Below the pieces are notes generated by a model that was not told the DNA's origin, did not search any database, and worked only from the letters and a program-made list of their open reading frames with translations. Shown here piece after piece: positions 37,315-50,236 of a stretch of 64,000 bases of DNA (position 1 is the stretch's first letter; every line of letters starts with the position of its first letter). A program made the position numbers and the translations under genes. Source of the DNA: an uncultured delta proteobacterium (GTDB lineage: Bacteria > Desulfobacterota > Binatia > Binatales > Binataceae); NCBI GenBank assembly GCA_963724765.1, contig CAVRVY010000001.1, forward strand, positions 736,001-800,000. Reading direction: 5' to 3'.

Positions 37315-40300
37315 CTAGGTTCCCGGCTCGGCCGACTTGTAATAGCGGCAGACCGTGCGATACGGACACCAGTCGTCGCACTGGCGCGGATCGACGTCGA
37401 AGCGCCCGGCTAGCGCGTCGTCGACCAGGGCGATGATCCGATCGGCGACCGGATGCTGGTCGGATTTCTGCGCAGCCGCGCGTCGTTTCGGATCAGCATC
37501 GACCAGCGCGCGCTCGACCGTAGCGATTTGCGCCTTGTCGCGATTTCGCAGCACCAGGTAGCCGGCCTCAAGCGTCGCGTCGGCCGCCAGCCGTCCACCG
37601 AACTCGCTCAGCGCGCCCATCAGGTAGACCGGCAACTGAAAGTCGGTCCATCCGAACGCCGCGCCCTCGGAATCCGCCATCCTGCCGTAGCGCTTGGCGT
37701 CGCGCGAATTCTTGTAGTCGATTACGCGAAGGTTTCGTACCTTGCTGCGGCCCGGATGCAATTCCAGGCGATCGATTCGTCCCTCCAGCCATAGCCGCAC
37801 GCGCCCGGGATAGCTGAGATCGTTGAGCGCGAAGCGAATCTGATACTCGGTCAGGACTTCGGCCTCGGGATTCTCCGCACGGTTGGCGATTTCGGCCTCG
37901 ACGAACTCCTGGGCAGTCCGCTCGATCGACCGCCATCGCAGATCGAAGAAACCCTGGTCGCGCGCGAGCGCCCGGCGCTCGTCGCGCACCGCTTTGAGAA
38001 CTTCCGGCGCGCGCGCTCGCGCGCCGGGGGCGTCGTGGAAGTCGACTTGATCGACCAGCCGGCGCAACACGTCGTGGATCAATTCACCGCCTTCGAGCGC
38101 GCTCAACTCGTAGTCCTGCTCCTCGTCTTCGGTGAGCGCCAAAATGCGATGCGCGAAGAACTTGAAACCGCAGGCCGCAAGCTCGCCGAGTTTGGTCGCG
38201 CTCCACGCCTTGGGATCGGCCGTATCGCCGCACAACATCCGCGCCAGACGCGGATCGGGCGCCACGCGCCCGTCCCATCGTTTTGCGAGCCCGAATTTGT
38301 CCGGGTTCGGCGTATAGCGCGTCCCCGCGCCGTCGGGCTCAGCGAAATCCTCACGCGTCGGCAGCTTGAGATATTTTTCTCGGTTCCGTTCGAGCTCTGA
38401 TCGTTCGCGGATGGAATCGAGCGTCGTGCGACTCTCGATCGTCTCGGCCTCCGTGTACCCGAGCATATGGTCGGCCGCGGCGCGCGCGAGAAATTCGTCG
38501 CGCGAAAGACACTCGGCGATAGCGGGGATCACACCCGCAGCGGGTATGCCTCTTATCGCCGAAGCTCGCGCCGAATCGCCGAGCAGGCGCAGGACCTCGT
38601 CGACGAATGGCGAACGGACCATCGGATTGCCGCCCGCCTCGGCCGCCGCGTAGCTCAACACCACGCGCCGCGACGGCATCGAGAGCGCGAGAAAGAACAA
38701 CAGAAAATCTTCGCCGTTGCGTTCGTAGCGCGTGCGCAGGATTCCGCCGGCGCGGCTCGGCGCGTTGGCGCCGAAGCGCAGTTTAAGCGCTTCACCCAGC
38801 GGCCGGTTGAGCGCGAGCTTCACTTCGTCGGGGAGCAACGGGTCGTCGGGATGGTAGCTTGGAAAGATGCCGTCGTTGAGCCCGATCACGAAGACCAGAT
38901 CGAAATCGAGTCCGCGCGCCTCGAGTACCGGCAACGCAACCACCGCCTCCGCCGCTTCGCTATCGGCCGGACCCGCGGCGCAATCGAACGCCGTCTCGAC
39001 CATCGCGGCGAACTCGGCCGAGTCGACGACGCGTGCGCTCCCGGCGAGCGCGGACCAGTGCGAAAGTCCGTCGAGCGCGGCGCTAAGGCGGCCCCATGCC
39101 CGCGCGGCATCGTAGGTGGCGGCTTCGGTATCGTCATGGATGCCGTCATCCGCGCGCGTGGGATCGAAGCCGAGCACCTCGAACGCATGTTCGAGACGGT
39201 CCAGATGCTCGGCGAGCGTACCGGGTTGGGCGAGCGGCGCGAGCGCTTCGAGCATCCGCTCGAAGCGCTCACGCGCCCGTTCGTCATAGGCCACGCGCGA
39301 TTCGATTTTGCGGCGTTCGTCGCTGTCCGCGCCCGTCTTCTCCATTGTGCTTCGCAGAAAGTCGATGTGAATCCTGAAGCGATCCATCAGTGGTTGCGCG
39401 CTGCCGTCGACGTAGCCGATCTCGTCGAGCGTGCGCGCCAAACGAGCGTCAATCGCCCTCAGATGCGGCGAGCGGCACAACGTGGCGAGCGACTCGCGGG
39501 TAAACCGCTCGCGCGGCGCGCGCAAAATCTCGACGATAAGCCGCGCGTGCGCGCTCGCGCGCAACGCCGGCGCCTGCCCGATGCTGAGCGGGATGCGGTA
39601 GCGGCGGAACACCGTGCGCAGATGCTCGGCGTAGGGTTCAAGATCGCGCGCGACGACTGCGATACGTCCCGGCGCGATCGCCTCCGGCGATTCCATCGCG
39701 CGCCGAATTGCGCGGCCGACCTCCTCGATCTCGCCGAGCGGTGTCGGCGCTTCGACCACTTCGAGCGTCTCGTCGGCGGGCGGCGCGGCGTCGGCAGTCT
39801 CGATGAACAGGTGCTCGAGCACGAAGCCGAGGCGTCCAAGGCGCCCGCCACGGCGCACGAAGTCGGGCAGGACTTTGTCCGCGATCGATTCTTCCGCGAC
39901 GAAGCGGTTCCAGGTCAGTTCGGCGAAGCGCCCCGCATTGGCCGGATGCTCGGCGGCCTGGATGGTGAGCGTCGCGTCGCCGACGATTCGGATGAGCGCC
40001 GTCACGATCATGAACTGGAGCAGGCTGAAGTCGTAGATCTCGGCGACCTGCAAATGCCGCACGCCGTCGAGCAGCGCCGGACGCGCGCCGCGTTTCTCCA
40101 GCGCGAGCAATTGCTCAAGCACCACGCGCTCGCGCTCGTGACGATCGCAAAGCCCGCGGCCGGCGAGCAGGCGCTCGTAACGCTCGAAGGCCGCGGCCAG
40201 GCTTAAGATGCGATCGCGGATGCCGGTCGCGACGCTTCCTGGAGCCAGCGCGCGCGCCGCGGCGCGCAGGTCGTCAGCGGTGAGTGCGGCGCTCTTGAAC

Positions 40301-40554
40301 TGACGGATCAGCCCGAGCAGGTGATCGGCGCTGCCGAGCGCATCGCGCGCGTCGCCCATCGCCTCATCGGCGGCGAGCCGTTCCTGCAACTCGTCGAGCA
40401 TCACGCCGCGCGGGCCGAACTCGCGCCAGAGCCGATCGGCCAGTTGCGGAAAGGTCATGATCGGATAGTCGAGCAAAGAGCGGCCGCGGCTGTGGCGCTT
40501 GAGCCAGTCCTCGACTTTGCGCGCGGTGGGGTAGAGTGCGATTACGTCGTTCAC
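37315..40554 (-). CDS. addB: AddB-like inactive helicase / PD-(D/E)XK nuclease
   Basis: 'EARGLDFDLVFVIGLNDGIFP', 'SATKL..LAACGFKFF', 'GRIDRL...VIDYK', 'QLPVY', C-terminal CxxxCxxxxxC. Confidence 0.8.
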   Translation of the reverse strand: MNDVIALYPTARKVEDWLKRHSRGRSLLDYPIMTFPQLADRLWREFGPRGVMLDELQERLAADEAMGDARDALGSADHLLGLIRQFKSAALTADDLRAAARALAPGSVATGIRDRILSLAAAFERYERLLAGRGLCDRHERERVVLEQLLALEKRGARPALLDGVRHLQVAEIYDFSLLQFMIVTALIRIVGDATLTIQAAEHPANAGRFAELTWNRFVAEESIADKVLPDFVRRGGRLGRLGFVLEHLFIETADAAPPADETLEVVEAPTPLGEIEEVGRAIRRAMESPEAIAPGRIAVVARDLEPYAEHLRTVFRRYRIPLSIGQAPALRASAHARLIVEILRAPRERFTRESLATLCRSPHLRAIDARLARTLDEIGYVDGSAQPLMDRFRIHIDFLRSTMEKTGADSDERRKIESRVAYDERARERFERMLEALAPLAQPGTLAEHLDRLEHAFEVLGFDPTRADDGIHDDTEAATYDAARAWGRLSAALDGLSHWSALAGSARVVDSAEFAAMVETAFDCAAGPADSEAAEAVVALPVLEARGLDFDLVFVIGLNDGIFPSYHPDDPLLPDEVKLALNRPLGEALKLRFGANAPSRAGGILRTRYERNGEDFLLFFLALSMPSRRVVLSYAAAEAGGNPMVRSPFVDEVLRLLGDSARASAIRGIPAAGVIPAIAECLSRDEFLARAAADHMLGYTEAETIESRTTLDSIRERSELERNREKYLKLPTREDFAEPDGAGTRYTPNPDKFGLAKRWDGRVAPDPRLARMLCGDTADPKAWSATKLGELAACGFKFFAHRILALTEDEEQDYELSALEGGELIHDVLRRLVDQVDFHDAPGARARAPEVLKAVRDERRALARDQGFFDLRWRSIERTAQEFVEAEIANRAENPEAEVLTEYQIRFALNDLSYPGRVRLWLEGRIDRLELHPGRSKVRNLRVIDYKNSRDAKRYGRMADSEGAAFGWTDFQLPVYLMGALSEFGGRLAADATLEAGYLVLRNRDKAQIATVERALVDADPKRRAAAQKSDQHPVADRIIALVDDALAGRFDVDPRQCDDWCPYRTVCRYYKSAEPGT

Positions 40555-40590
40555 AGGATTACGCCACTCACACGATTACGTCATTGACGG
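40540..40590. repeat. 17-bp-period triple repeat (GATTACG core) overlapping the addB start
   Basis: Units at 40540, 40557 and 40574. Confidence 0.7.
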
Positions 40591-40691
40591 CATTGCGCGC
40601 CCGCCGGAGCATCGTCAAATATACTCTGCCGGACGCCGCTCGCATCCGCACGGCGCGATATGTATGGGCGGTTTGTGAACAGGGGCGGGCG

Positions 40692-41447
40692 CTACGGCGT
40701 TACGGCGAGGCGCTCCAGGCGCACGGGCTCGCCGGGGACGCATCCGATCCACGCGACCCATCCGGCATTGTCGCTCGCGTACAGCGGCGCCGGCGTACCG
40801 CAGTAGGCCGCGCGCGTCGCGCCCTGCGAGACGTCGCCGAAGACGTGGATATGGCCGAGCGCGACGTAGTCGTAGGCACTGGCCTCGATCTCCGCGGGCG
40901 TGATCGGCGAGGAGCGGAATCCGTCGGCCTCCTCGGTGAAGAAGCCGTGCGCCATTGCGATATTCCATCGCCCCGGCGCAGGCGCCGGCATTCCGCCGAG
41001 CGGCCGGTACTCCGGCGTATGCTCGACCATCGCGCGGCCCCAGATGCGCGTCTCGAGTTCGGGAAAATCGAGCAGCGTGCCTTCGGGCTCGAGGATCAGA
41101 TGAAGATTGCGCGGCAGCAGGTCGCGGCCGAGATTGGCGTAGAGCGAGCGCTCGTCGTGCGCGTCATGATTGCCCGGGATCATCACCACCGGCATCGCGG
41201 CCCGCGCGATCTCGCCGAGCGCGAAGCCGAGTGCGCCCTCGCCGATGCGGCTGGAGTCGAACAGATCGCCGACAATCAGCAGCAGGTCGGCGTGACGCTC
41301 ATTGGCGATTCCGATAACTCCACTGAACGAGCGCCGCACCCGCTCGCGCAGCGCGTCGCCGGTCGGACCATTGCCGAAGCTGTCGGTTTCGAGATGTACG
41401 TCCGAAGTGTGAACGATACTGAGCGGTCGCCGCGGTCTGAGGGCCAA
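40692..41447 (-). CDS. SbcD/Mre11-like metallophosphoesterase
   Basis: HTSDVH, GDLFD, PGNHD, AHG, ALGHIH; AGGAG RBS before TTG at 41447. Confidence 0.85.
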   Translation of the reverse strand: MALRPRRPLSIVHTSDVHLETDSFGNGPTGDALRERVRRSFSGVIGIANERHADLLLIVGDLFDSSRIGEGALGFALGEIARAAMPVVMIPGNHDAHDERSLYANLGRDLLPRNLHLILEPEGTLLDFPELETRIWGRAMVEHTPEYRPLGGMPAPAPGRWNIAMAHGFFTEEADGFRSSPITPAEIEASAYDYVALGHIHVFGDVSQGATRAAYCGTPAPLYASDNAGWVAWIGCVPGEPVRLERLAVTP

Positions 41448-41617
41448 ACTTTGTCTCCTGCCGGTAGGCGCGCCACGCGGGTCGCCCCGGCCAAAGGGCC
41501 AACTTGAAGGGCCCATTCGTGCAATACTAGACTCCCAAAGGCGACTATTTCAACTTTACCGCCGGTCGAGCGCCCGGCGCGCGAGTGGCGCGTCGCTTAC
41601 GGAGGACCAACAGCACA

Positions 41618-42637
41618 GTGATCGTTGTAATGAAGGCCAGCGCCACCGAGGCGGAGATTCAGACCGTGGTCGGGATGGTCGAGAAGCTCGACTACAGCGC
41701 CCACATCATCCGCGGCATCGAACGTACGGTCGTCGCATGCGTGGGCGAGGAGCGCGGCGAGCAGCATCAGCTCGGTCACCTGGAGGCCGTCGCCGGAGTC
41801 GACCGCGTGATGCCCGTACTGCGCAGCTTCAAGCTCGCCGCGCGAGAGGTTCGTCCCGAGGGCTCGCGTGTCAACGTCGGCGGGGTCGAAATCGGAGGCC
41901 GGCGTATCGCGGTGATCGCCGGACCGTGCGCGGTCGAGAGCGAAGCGCAGGTCGAGGCCGCGGCGGCGGCGGTCAAAGCGGCCGGCGCAACTCTGCTGCG
42001 CGGCGGCGCGTTCAAGCCGCGCACCTCGCCCTACTCGTTCCAGGGGATGGAAGACGCGGGGCTGGACCTGCTCGAGAACGCCGGGCGGCACGTCGGATTG
42101 CCGGTCGTCACCGAAATAATGGACCCGCACGACATCGACCTGGTCGCCGAGCACGCCGACATGCTTCAGGTCGGCGCGCGCAACGCGCAGAATTTTTCGC
42201 TCCTGCGGCGCCTGGGCAAAGTCAAAAAGCCCGTGCTGCTCAAGCGCGGGATGTCGACGCGGCTGGAGGAATTCCTGATGGCGGCCGAGTACATCCTGTC
42301 CGCCGGCAATCCCAACGTGGTGCTGTGCGAGCGCGGCATCCGTACCTTCGAGACGGCCACGCGCAACACGCTCGATTTGACCGCCGTCCCGCTGCTCAAA
42401 CAATGGACGCATCTGCCGGTAGTGGTCGATCCCAGCCACGGCACCGGCATCTGGTCGCTGGTGATGCCGATGGCGTTGGCGGCGGTCGCAGCGGGCGCCG
42501 ACGGGCTTTTGATCGAGGTGCATCCGACGCCCGAGACGGCGCTCAGCGACGGTCCACAGCAGCTACGGCCCGAGCGCTTCGCCGAGTTGATGACGGCGCT
42601 CAAGGCAGTGGCCGAAGCCGTCGGCCGCACGCTGTGA
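41618..42637 (+). CDS. aroF: 3-deoxy-7-phosphoheptulonate (DAHP) synthase, type I-beta with N-terminal regulatory domain
   Basis: [48 protein letters not shown]. Confidence 0.93.
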   Translation: MIVVMKASATEAEIQTVVGMVEKLDYSAHIIRGIERTVVACVGEERGEQHQLGHLEAVAGVDRVMPVLRSFKLAAREVRPEGSRVNVGGVEIGGRRIAVIAGPCAVESEAQVEAAAAAVKAAGATLLRGGAFKPRTSPYSFQGMEDAGLDLLENAGRHVGLPVVTEIMDPHDIDLVAEHADMLQVGARNAQNFSLLRRLGKVKKPVLLKRGMSTRLEEFLMAAEYILSAGNPNVVLCERGIRTFETATRNTLDLTAVPLLKQWTHLPVVVDPSHGTGIWSLVMPMALAAVAAGADGLLIEVHPTPETALSDGPQQLRPERFAELMTALKAVAEAVGRTL

Positions 42638-42760
42638 GGCATGATCTGGCGGAGCCGCATCGGCGCGTATCGCAAGCGTCGGCGCATCACCCATGGTAAC
42701 CTCGGCGTTAGAATGTGAGGAGCGGGGTGAGGATGTGAGAACTACGCGTCGCCGAGTCAG

Positions 42761-43687
42761 GTGAGCCATCCAAGAATAAAGCCGCGCGCGCTCAGGCCGG
42801 GCGACACGGTCGGGGTCGTCTCGCCCGCCTCCGCAATCGATCGCGAGCATCTCGAGCGCGGCGTCGCCGCGCTCAAGAGCCTCGGCTTTCGCGTCAAGGT
42901 CTCAGGCCGTGCGCTCGATCGGGCCGCAATCGTGGCGGGCCCCGACGAGATGCGCGCCAGCGAGCTTCAGGCGTTTTTCGCCGACCCGGAAGTAGATGCG
43001 ATCTTCGCGGCCCGCGGCGGATATGGAGCGGGACGGATCTTGCCGCTACTCGATTTCGCCGCGATCGCGCGTACGCCGAAAGTGTTCATGGGCTTTTCGG
43101 ATGCGACCTTCATCCTCAACGCGCTGGTGGGACAGGCCGGGATGGTATGCTTTCACGGGCCAATGGTCGCGATGGATTTTGCACGCGGATTGGGCGAGGC
43201 CTCGCTCGATCATCTCCGCCGCCTGCTGGCGGGCGAGATCGGGAACTTCGCACTGCCGGCAAGTGCAGCGCTAAGGGCGGGCGCTGCCGAGGGTGAGGTC
43301 GTGGGCGGATGTCTTTCGATGGTGGCCGCGGCTATTGGAACACCATACGCGCCACCCTTGGACGGCGCGATTCTTTTTTTGGAAGACACCGGCGAGAAAG
43401 CGTATAGAATCGATCGCATGCTGGTGCAGCTTGGACAGGCAGGAGTGCTGGGACAGGTTGCCGCGGTGGTCTTCGGCGCGTTGCGGCCGCCTGGCGGCAG
43501 CGAGGCGGAGAGTCGCCTGATCAGCGAATGCGTCGCCGAGCAGGCGGCGCGCCTCGATTGCCCGGTGCTCGCGGGAATCGAGGCGGGTCATGGGAGCGCG
43601 AACTTCACGATTCCCTTCGGAGTGCGCGCGCGGGTCGACGCGGCGGCACGGACGCTCAGCTTCCTGGAGCCGGCGGTGGCGTTGTAG
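42761..43687 (+). CDS. ldcA: LD-carboxypeptidase (S66)
   Basis: RGGYG, GFSD, HGPM, LEDTGE, GHG. Confidence 0.9.
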   Translation: MSHPRIKPRALRPGDTVGVVSPASAIDREHLERGVAALKSLGFRVKVSGRALDRAAIVAGPDEMRASELQAFFADPEVDAIFAARGGYGAGRILPLLDFAAIARTPKVFMGFSDATFILNALVGQAGMVCFHGPMVAMDFARGLGEASLDHLRRLLAGEIGNFALPASAALRAGAAEGEVVGGCLSMVAAAIGTPYAPPLDGAILFLEDTGEKAYRIDRMLVQLGQAGVLGQVAAVVFGALRPPGGSEAESRLISECVAEQAARLDCPVLAGIEAGHGSANFTIPFGVRARVDAAARTLSFLEPAVAL

Positions 43688-43698
43688 GAGAGATCGAG

Positions 43699-44832
43699 TT
43701 GGGATGGCATGAAGTCGAGCAAGCCTTCGCTGAAGCTGTCGAGCGTGGAGTGATCCCGGGCGCCACGCTGATCGTGCGCCGCGAGGCCGATATCGTTTTC
43801 GAGGGCGCCTTCGGCCATCGCTCGCTGGTGCCCGAGCGCTCGCCGATGCGCATGGAGACGGTGTTCGATCTGTCGTCGCTGACCAAGCCGCTCGCCACCA
43901 CCGTGGCCGTGATGATGCTGGTGCGCGAAAACAAGCTGCGTCTGGCCGACCGCGTCACGCGCTTCTTTCACAACTTCGGCGTTCACGACAAGGGCCACGT
44001 GACTTTCCGCCACGTGCTGGCCCACTGCTCGGGGCTCGCCGCGTGGCGGCCGTTCTTTCAGCAGGTCGCGCAGATCGAGAAAGGCGGCAAGGTCAATTTC
44101 ATGGCAAGCCACGGCGCCAAGGAATGGGTCTACGAGGAGATCCATCGCGAGAAGCCCGAAGCGCCGTCGGCCACCAAGGCGATCTACTCGGACCTCAACT
44201 TCATGCTGCTCGGCGAAGCGATCGAGCGGATCGCCGGCGTGCCGCTCAACCGCTTTTGCCGCGATCGCATCTTTCGCCCGCTCGGCATCCGCGCGACCGA
44301 CTTCATCGATATTTCGTTGGTGCGCTCGCGCCGGCTCGAGCCGGTGGCCGAGATGTTCGCGCCGACCTCGTTCTGCACGTTCCGCAAGCGGCTGCTGGTC
44401 GGCGAAGTGGACGACGAAAACGCGTACGCGATGGGCGGCGTGGCGGGACATGCGGGGCTGTTCGCGCCGGTGCGCGACGTTGACCGTGTCGCGCAGGAAC
44501 TTCTCGCCTGCTACGCCGGACGCTCCGAGTGGCTGCCGCAGAAGGTGGTGCGCGAGTTCTGGACCCGCGACACCACGGTCAACGGATCGACCTGGGCGCT
44601 CGGATGGGACACGCCGTCGGCGCAGTACTCGAGTTCCGGGCGGCATTTCTCGCCCGCCGCCGTCGGCCATCTCGGCTTTACCGGCACTTCGATCTGGATC
44701 GAGCCCGTGCGCGCGATTTCCATCTCGCTGCTGACCAACCGGGTGCATCCGCGGCGCGACAACCAGGCCATCCGCGACTTCCGCCCGCGTATTCACGACC
44801 TCGTCATGGAAGCGATCGACGCGGGTAAGTAG
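43699..44832 (+). CDS. Serine hydrolase, beta-lactamase class C / AmiE-like
   Basis: SLTK (SxxK), YSD, 'GEVDDENA..MGGVAGHAGLF', GHLGFTG; AGGAG RBS 8 nt before TTG at 43699. Confidence 0.88.
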   Translation: MGWHEVEQAFAEAVERGVIPGATLIVRREADIVFEGAFGHRSLVPERSPMRMETVFDLSSLTKPLATTVAVMMLVRENKLRLADRVTRFFHNFGVHDKGHVTFRHVLAHCSGLAAWRPFFQQVAQIEKGGKVNFMASHGAKEWVYEEIHREKPEAPSATKAIYSDLNFMLLGEAIERIAGVPLNRFCRDRIFRPLGIRATDFIDISLVRSRRLEPVAEMFAPTSFCTFRKRLLVGEVDDENAYAMGGVAGHAGLFAPVRDVDRVAQELLACYAGRSEWLPQKVVREFWTRDTTVNGSTWALGWDTPSAQYSSSGRHFSPAAVGHLGFTGTSIWIEPVRAISISLLTNRVHPRRDNQAIRDFRPRIHDLVMEAIDAGK

Positions 44833-44879
44833 GCGCGCGCCGCGACTGACGCGACCGTGAACAATGCCGCAATCGAACG

Positions 44880-47399
<2,520 letters not shown>

Positions 47400-47404
47400 C
47401 GCCA

Positions 47405-48868
47405 ATGTCTGACGCAATCTCCGCGGAATCGGCGGCGCGGATGGCGCGCGTGCCGCACGACATTCGCCACATCCATTTGATCGGGGTCGCGGGCACCGCG
47501 ATGGCGGCGTTGGCCGGGATGCTGGCCGAGCGCGGCTATCGCGTCACCGGCTCCGACAACCAGCTCTACGAGCCGACGGCTTCGCTGCTGGCGCGGATGC
47601 GCGTCGAGGTGCAAAAAAGTTTCGGCCCGCAAAACCTGGCGCCCGCGCCCGACCTGGTCGTGGTCGGCAACGTTGTCACGCGCGCCAATCCCGAGGCGCA
47701 GGCGTTGCTCGAAAGCGCGCTGCCGTATCTCTCGATGCCCGAGGCGCTGTGGCATTTCTTTCTCCGAGCGAAGCGGGTCCTGATGGTCGCGGGGACGCAT
47801 GGCAAGACGACTTCGACCGCGATCATGGCGCACGTGCTCGACGCCGCCGGGCGCGATCCCTCGATGCTCGTCGGCGGGGTGGCCAAGGATTTCGGCTCCA
47901 ATTACCGGCTCGGCGCGGGCGGCGATTTCGTGATCGAGGGCGACGAGTACGACACCGCGTTTTTCGACAAGGGGCCGAAGTTTCTCCACTACCGGCCGCG
48001 CGGCGCGATCCTGACCGCGGTCGAGTTCGACCACGCCGATATCTATCGCGATCTCGACCACGTAAAGTCCTCGTTCCGCGCGCTGGCGGCGCGGATGGAG
48101 CCGGCGGGCGTGCTCGTGGTATGCGCCGATTCGCCCGCCGCGCTGGAGGTGACCGAAGGTACGCACGCCAAGCGCCTCACCTTCGGGCTTGACGCAGGTG
48201 AGTTTCGTGCCGCCGCCGTGAGCGTCGGAGCGGATGGCGCACGCTTTTCGATCGAGCGCGATGGCAAGACCGTTGCCGATGGACTGCGTCTCCCGATCGG
48301 CGGCCGCATGAACGTCGCCAACGCGCTCGGCGTGGCGGTGCTGCTGGGCGAATTCGGAGTTGGCGCGGACGAGATCGCGCGCGGCCTGGAATCGTTTCGC
48401 GGCGTGGTGCGCCGCCAGGAATTAATCGGCGAGGCGCGCGGCGTCGCCGTGGTCGACGATTTCGCGCATCATCCGACCGCGATCCGCGCGACCCTGGCGG
48501 CTATCGCGGAGCGGTTCGCGGGCCGGCGTATCCTGGCCGCCTTCGAGCCGCGCTCCAACACCGCGCGCCGCAACGTCTTCCAGGCCGAGTTCGCCGCCGC
48601 CTTCGACCGCGCCGCGCGCGTCTACCTGGCGCCGGTTTATTTCAAGGACAACGATCCGATTGCGGCGGGAGGCCGCCTCTCGGTCGAGGACCTCGCAGCC
48701 GAAATCGGCCGCCGTGGACCGGCCGCGTTCGCCTGCGCGTCGAGCGACGACATGCTCGCGCGGATGCTGGCCGACGCGCGCGTGGGCGACGTCGCGCTCA
48801 TCATGTCGAACGGCCCGTTCGACAATCTCAAGGAACGGCTACTCACGGCGCTTAAGACGTCGGACTAG
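47405..48868 (+). CDS. mpl: Murein peptide ligase (UDP-MurNAc:tripeptide ligase)
   Basis: 'IGVAGTAM', GTHGKTTS, 'IEGDEYDTAFFDK..KFLHY', 'EFDHADIY', DDFAHHPTA, FEPRSNT, MSNG. Confidence 0.9.
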   Translation: MSDAISAESAARMARVPHDIRHIHLIGVAGTAMAALAGMLAERGYRVTGSDNQLYEPTASLLARMRVEVQKSFGPQNLAPAPDLVVVGNVVTRANPEAQALLESALPYLSMPEALWHFFLRAKRVLMVAGTHGKTTSTAIMAHVLDAAGRDPSMLVGGVAKDFGSNYRLGAGGDFVIEGDEYDTAFFDKGPKFLHYRPRGAILTAVEFDHADIYRDLDHVKSSFRALAARMEPAGVLVVCADSPAALEVTEGTHAKRLTFGLDAGEFRAAAVSVGADGARFSIERDGKTVADGLRLPIGGRMNVANALGVAVLLGEFGVGADEIARGLESFRGVVRRQELIGEARGVAVVDDFAHHPTAIRATLAAIAERFAGRRILAAFEPRSNTARRNVFQAEFAAAFDRAARVYLAPVYFKDNDPIAAGGRLSVEDLAAEIGRRGPAAFACASSDDMLARMLADARVGDVALIMSNGPFDNLKERLLTALKTSD

Positions 48869-48917
48869 CGTTCAGTCTCGCTGCGGCATCGCTGCGGATT
48901 GTCCCGCGCCTTCGCGG

Positions 48918-49268
48918 CTACGCCACCTTGCGCAGCGGCGCGGGCTTCTCAGCGCTCTCGACAACGTCGTGCGCGACTTCAGTTCCCTGGGTGTGATGCG
49001 CGACTTCGATTCGCAGCCCGCCGACCGTGCGCGCGGCGAAATTGTATAGCGTGCATCCGAGCCCGACCAGGAAGTAAGTCGCCAGCGCATAGAAGAAGGG
49101 CACGAACAGCAGGATCATGAAGTGTTTGCGCGGCAGATGGACCGAGAACGCCCAGGCCACGCCGGCCAGCGGCCAGCTCGCCGCGAGAACGGCGATTAGG
49201 GCCATGATGGCGGCAATTTTGGCCGCCTGGTTGGAGTGAATCGACGTGATCTGCGACGTGCTATGCAT
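48918..49268 (-). CDS. Small membrane protein, DUF3566-like
   Basis: Two TM segments followed by 'LYNFAARTVGGLRIE'. Confidence 0.55.
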   Translation of the reverse strand: MHSTSQITSIHSNQAAKIAAIMALIAVLAASWPLAGVAWAFSVHLPRKHFMILLFVPFFYALATYFLVGLGCTLYNFAARTVGGLRIEVAHHTQGTEVAHDVVESAEKPAPLRKVA

Positions 49269-49416
49269 AATTGCCCCTTGCTCCCCGATTGGAGTGCCCT
49301 TTGCGTAGCTAGGCTATGGCGAGCGACGCTGATGCAGGACAGTCTATCGCTCGCTTCAAGGGAAGCAAGAGCTAAACGTCTTTAAGCACCTTATAAATCT
49401 TGACTGAGATATAAAG

Positions 49417-50103
49417 CTATCGAGAAAGCTCGCGCAGAATCTCGTCCAGATCGGTCTCGGCCAGCGAATTGCGTACGATTTCCGCCCCTTTCAGTGCCTC
49501 GGCACGCGCGCTATGGCATAACGCCAGCACTCGCATCCCGGCTCGCTGCCCCGCCTCGACACCGGCGACCGTATCTTCGATCACGAGGCATTCGGATGGC
49601 TCGAGCGGTGGCCGCAAGCGCAGCAGGAAGCCCAGGCGTCCCATCGCCTTTTCGAAACCCTCGGGCGCGGGCTTGCCGTGCTCGACGTCTTCGGCCGCGA
49701 TGATGTCGGCGAAAAGCTCGCGCACGCCGGCGCATTTTAGGATGAGTTCCGCCTCGACCCGCAGCGTGCCGGTCGCCACGGTCAGCGGGAAGCGCGCCGC
49801 GCATAGCCGCACGAAGTCGGCGGCGCCGGGAAAGGTCACGTCGCGGCCGGCGATCATCTCCTGGTAGATGGCGGCCTTGCGCGCGATGAGCGCGGCGAGG
49901 GCGCCGTCGGCCACCGCTCTGCCGTTTTCGCGCAGCACTGCGGTGAAGCAGTCGCAATCGTCGAGGCCGATGAGCCGGCTGAAATATTCCGCGCGCTCGA
50001 GTTCCATTCCTTCGGCGCGGAGCACGCGGGCGAAGGCCTCGAAATGGAGCGGCTCGGTGTCGGCGAGCGTGCCGTCGAGGTCGAAGATAATTGCGCGAAT
50101 CAT
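49417..50103 (-). CDS. HAD-family phosphatase
   Basis: IFDLDGTLADTE, VATGT, KPAPEGF, VIED...GV. Confidence 0.9.
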   Translation of the reverse strand: MIRAIIFDLDGTLADTEPLHFEAFARVLRAEGMELERAEYFSRLIGLDDCDCFTAVLRENGRAVADGALAALIARKAAIYQEMIAGRDVTFPGAADFVRLCAARFPLTVATGTLRVEAELILKCAGVRELFADIIAAEDVEHGKPAPEGFEKAMGRLGFLLRLRPPLEPSECLVIEDTVAGVEAGQRAGMRVLALCHSARAEALKGAEIVRNSLAETDLDEILRELSR

Positions 50104-50160
50104 CGGGCGGCTACGGCTAGCAACTGTTCAATTGTTGCGCGAATCGACGCGCGTCGCATC

Positions 50161-50213
50161 CTAGCAGGATGGTTGAAACACAAAAATCGCTGCGCGTCGA
50201 TCCTTCACTTCGG
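50161..50213. repeat. MITE-like repeat, copy 2 (right end missing)
   Basis: CTAGCAGGATG start; 38-nt core 36/38 identical to 30045-30082. Confidence 0.7.
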
Positions 50214-50236
50214 AGCCACAACAGACTTCTCTGATT

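Noticed and set aside
33648-40554. Cas4-like or defence helicase-nuclease
   Set aside because: Size, motif order and tandem arrangement fit housekeeping AddAB, and composition matches the core genome.
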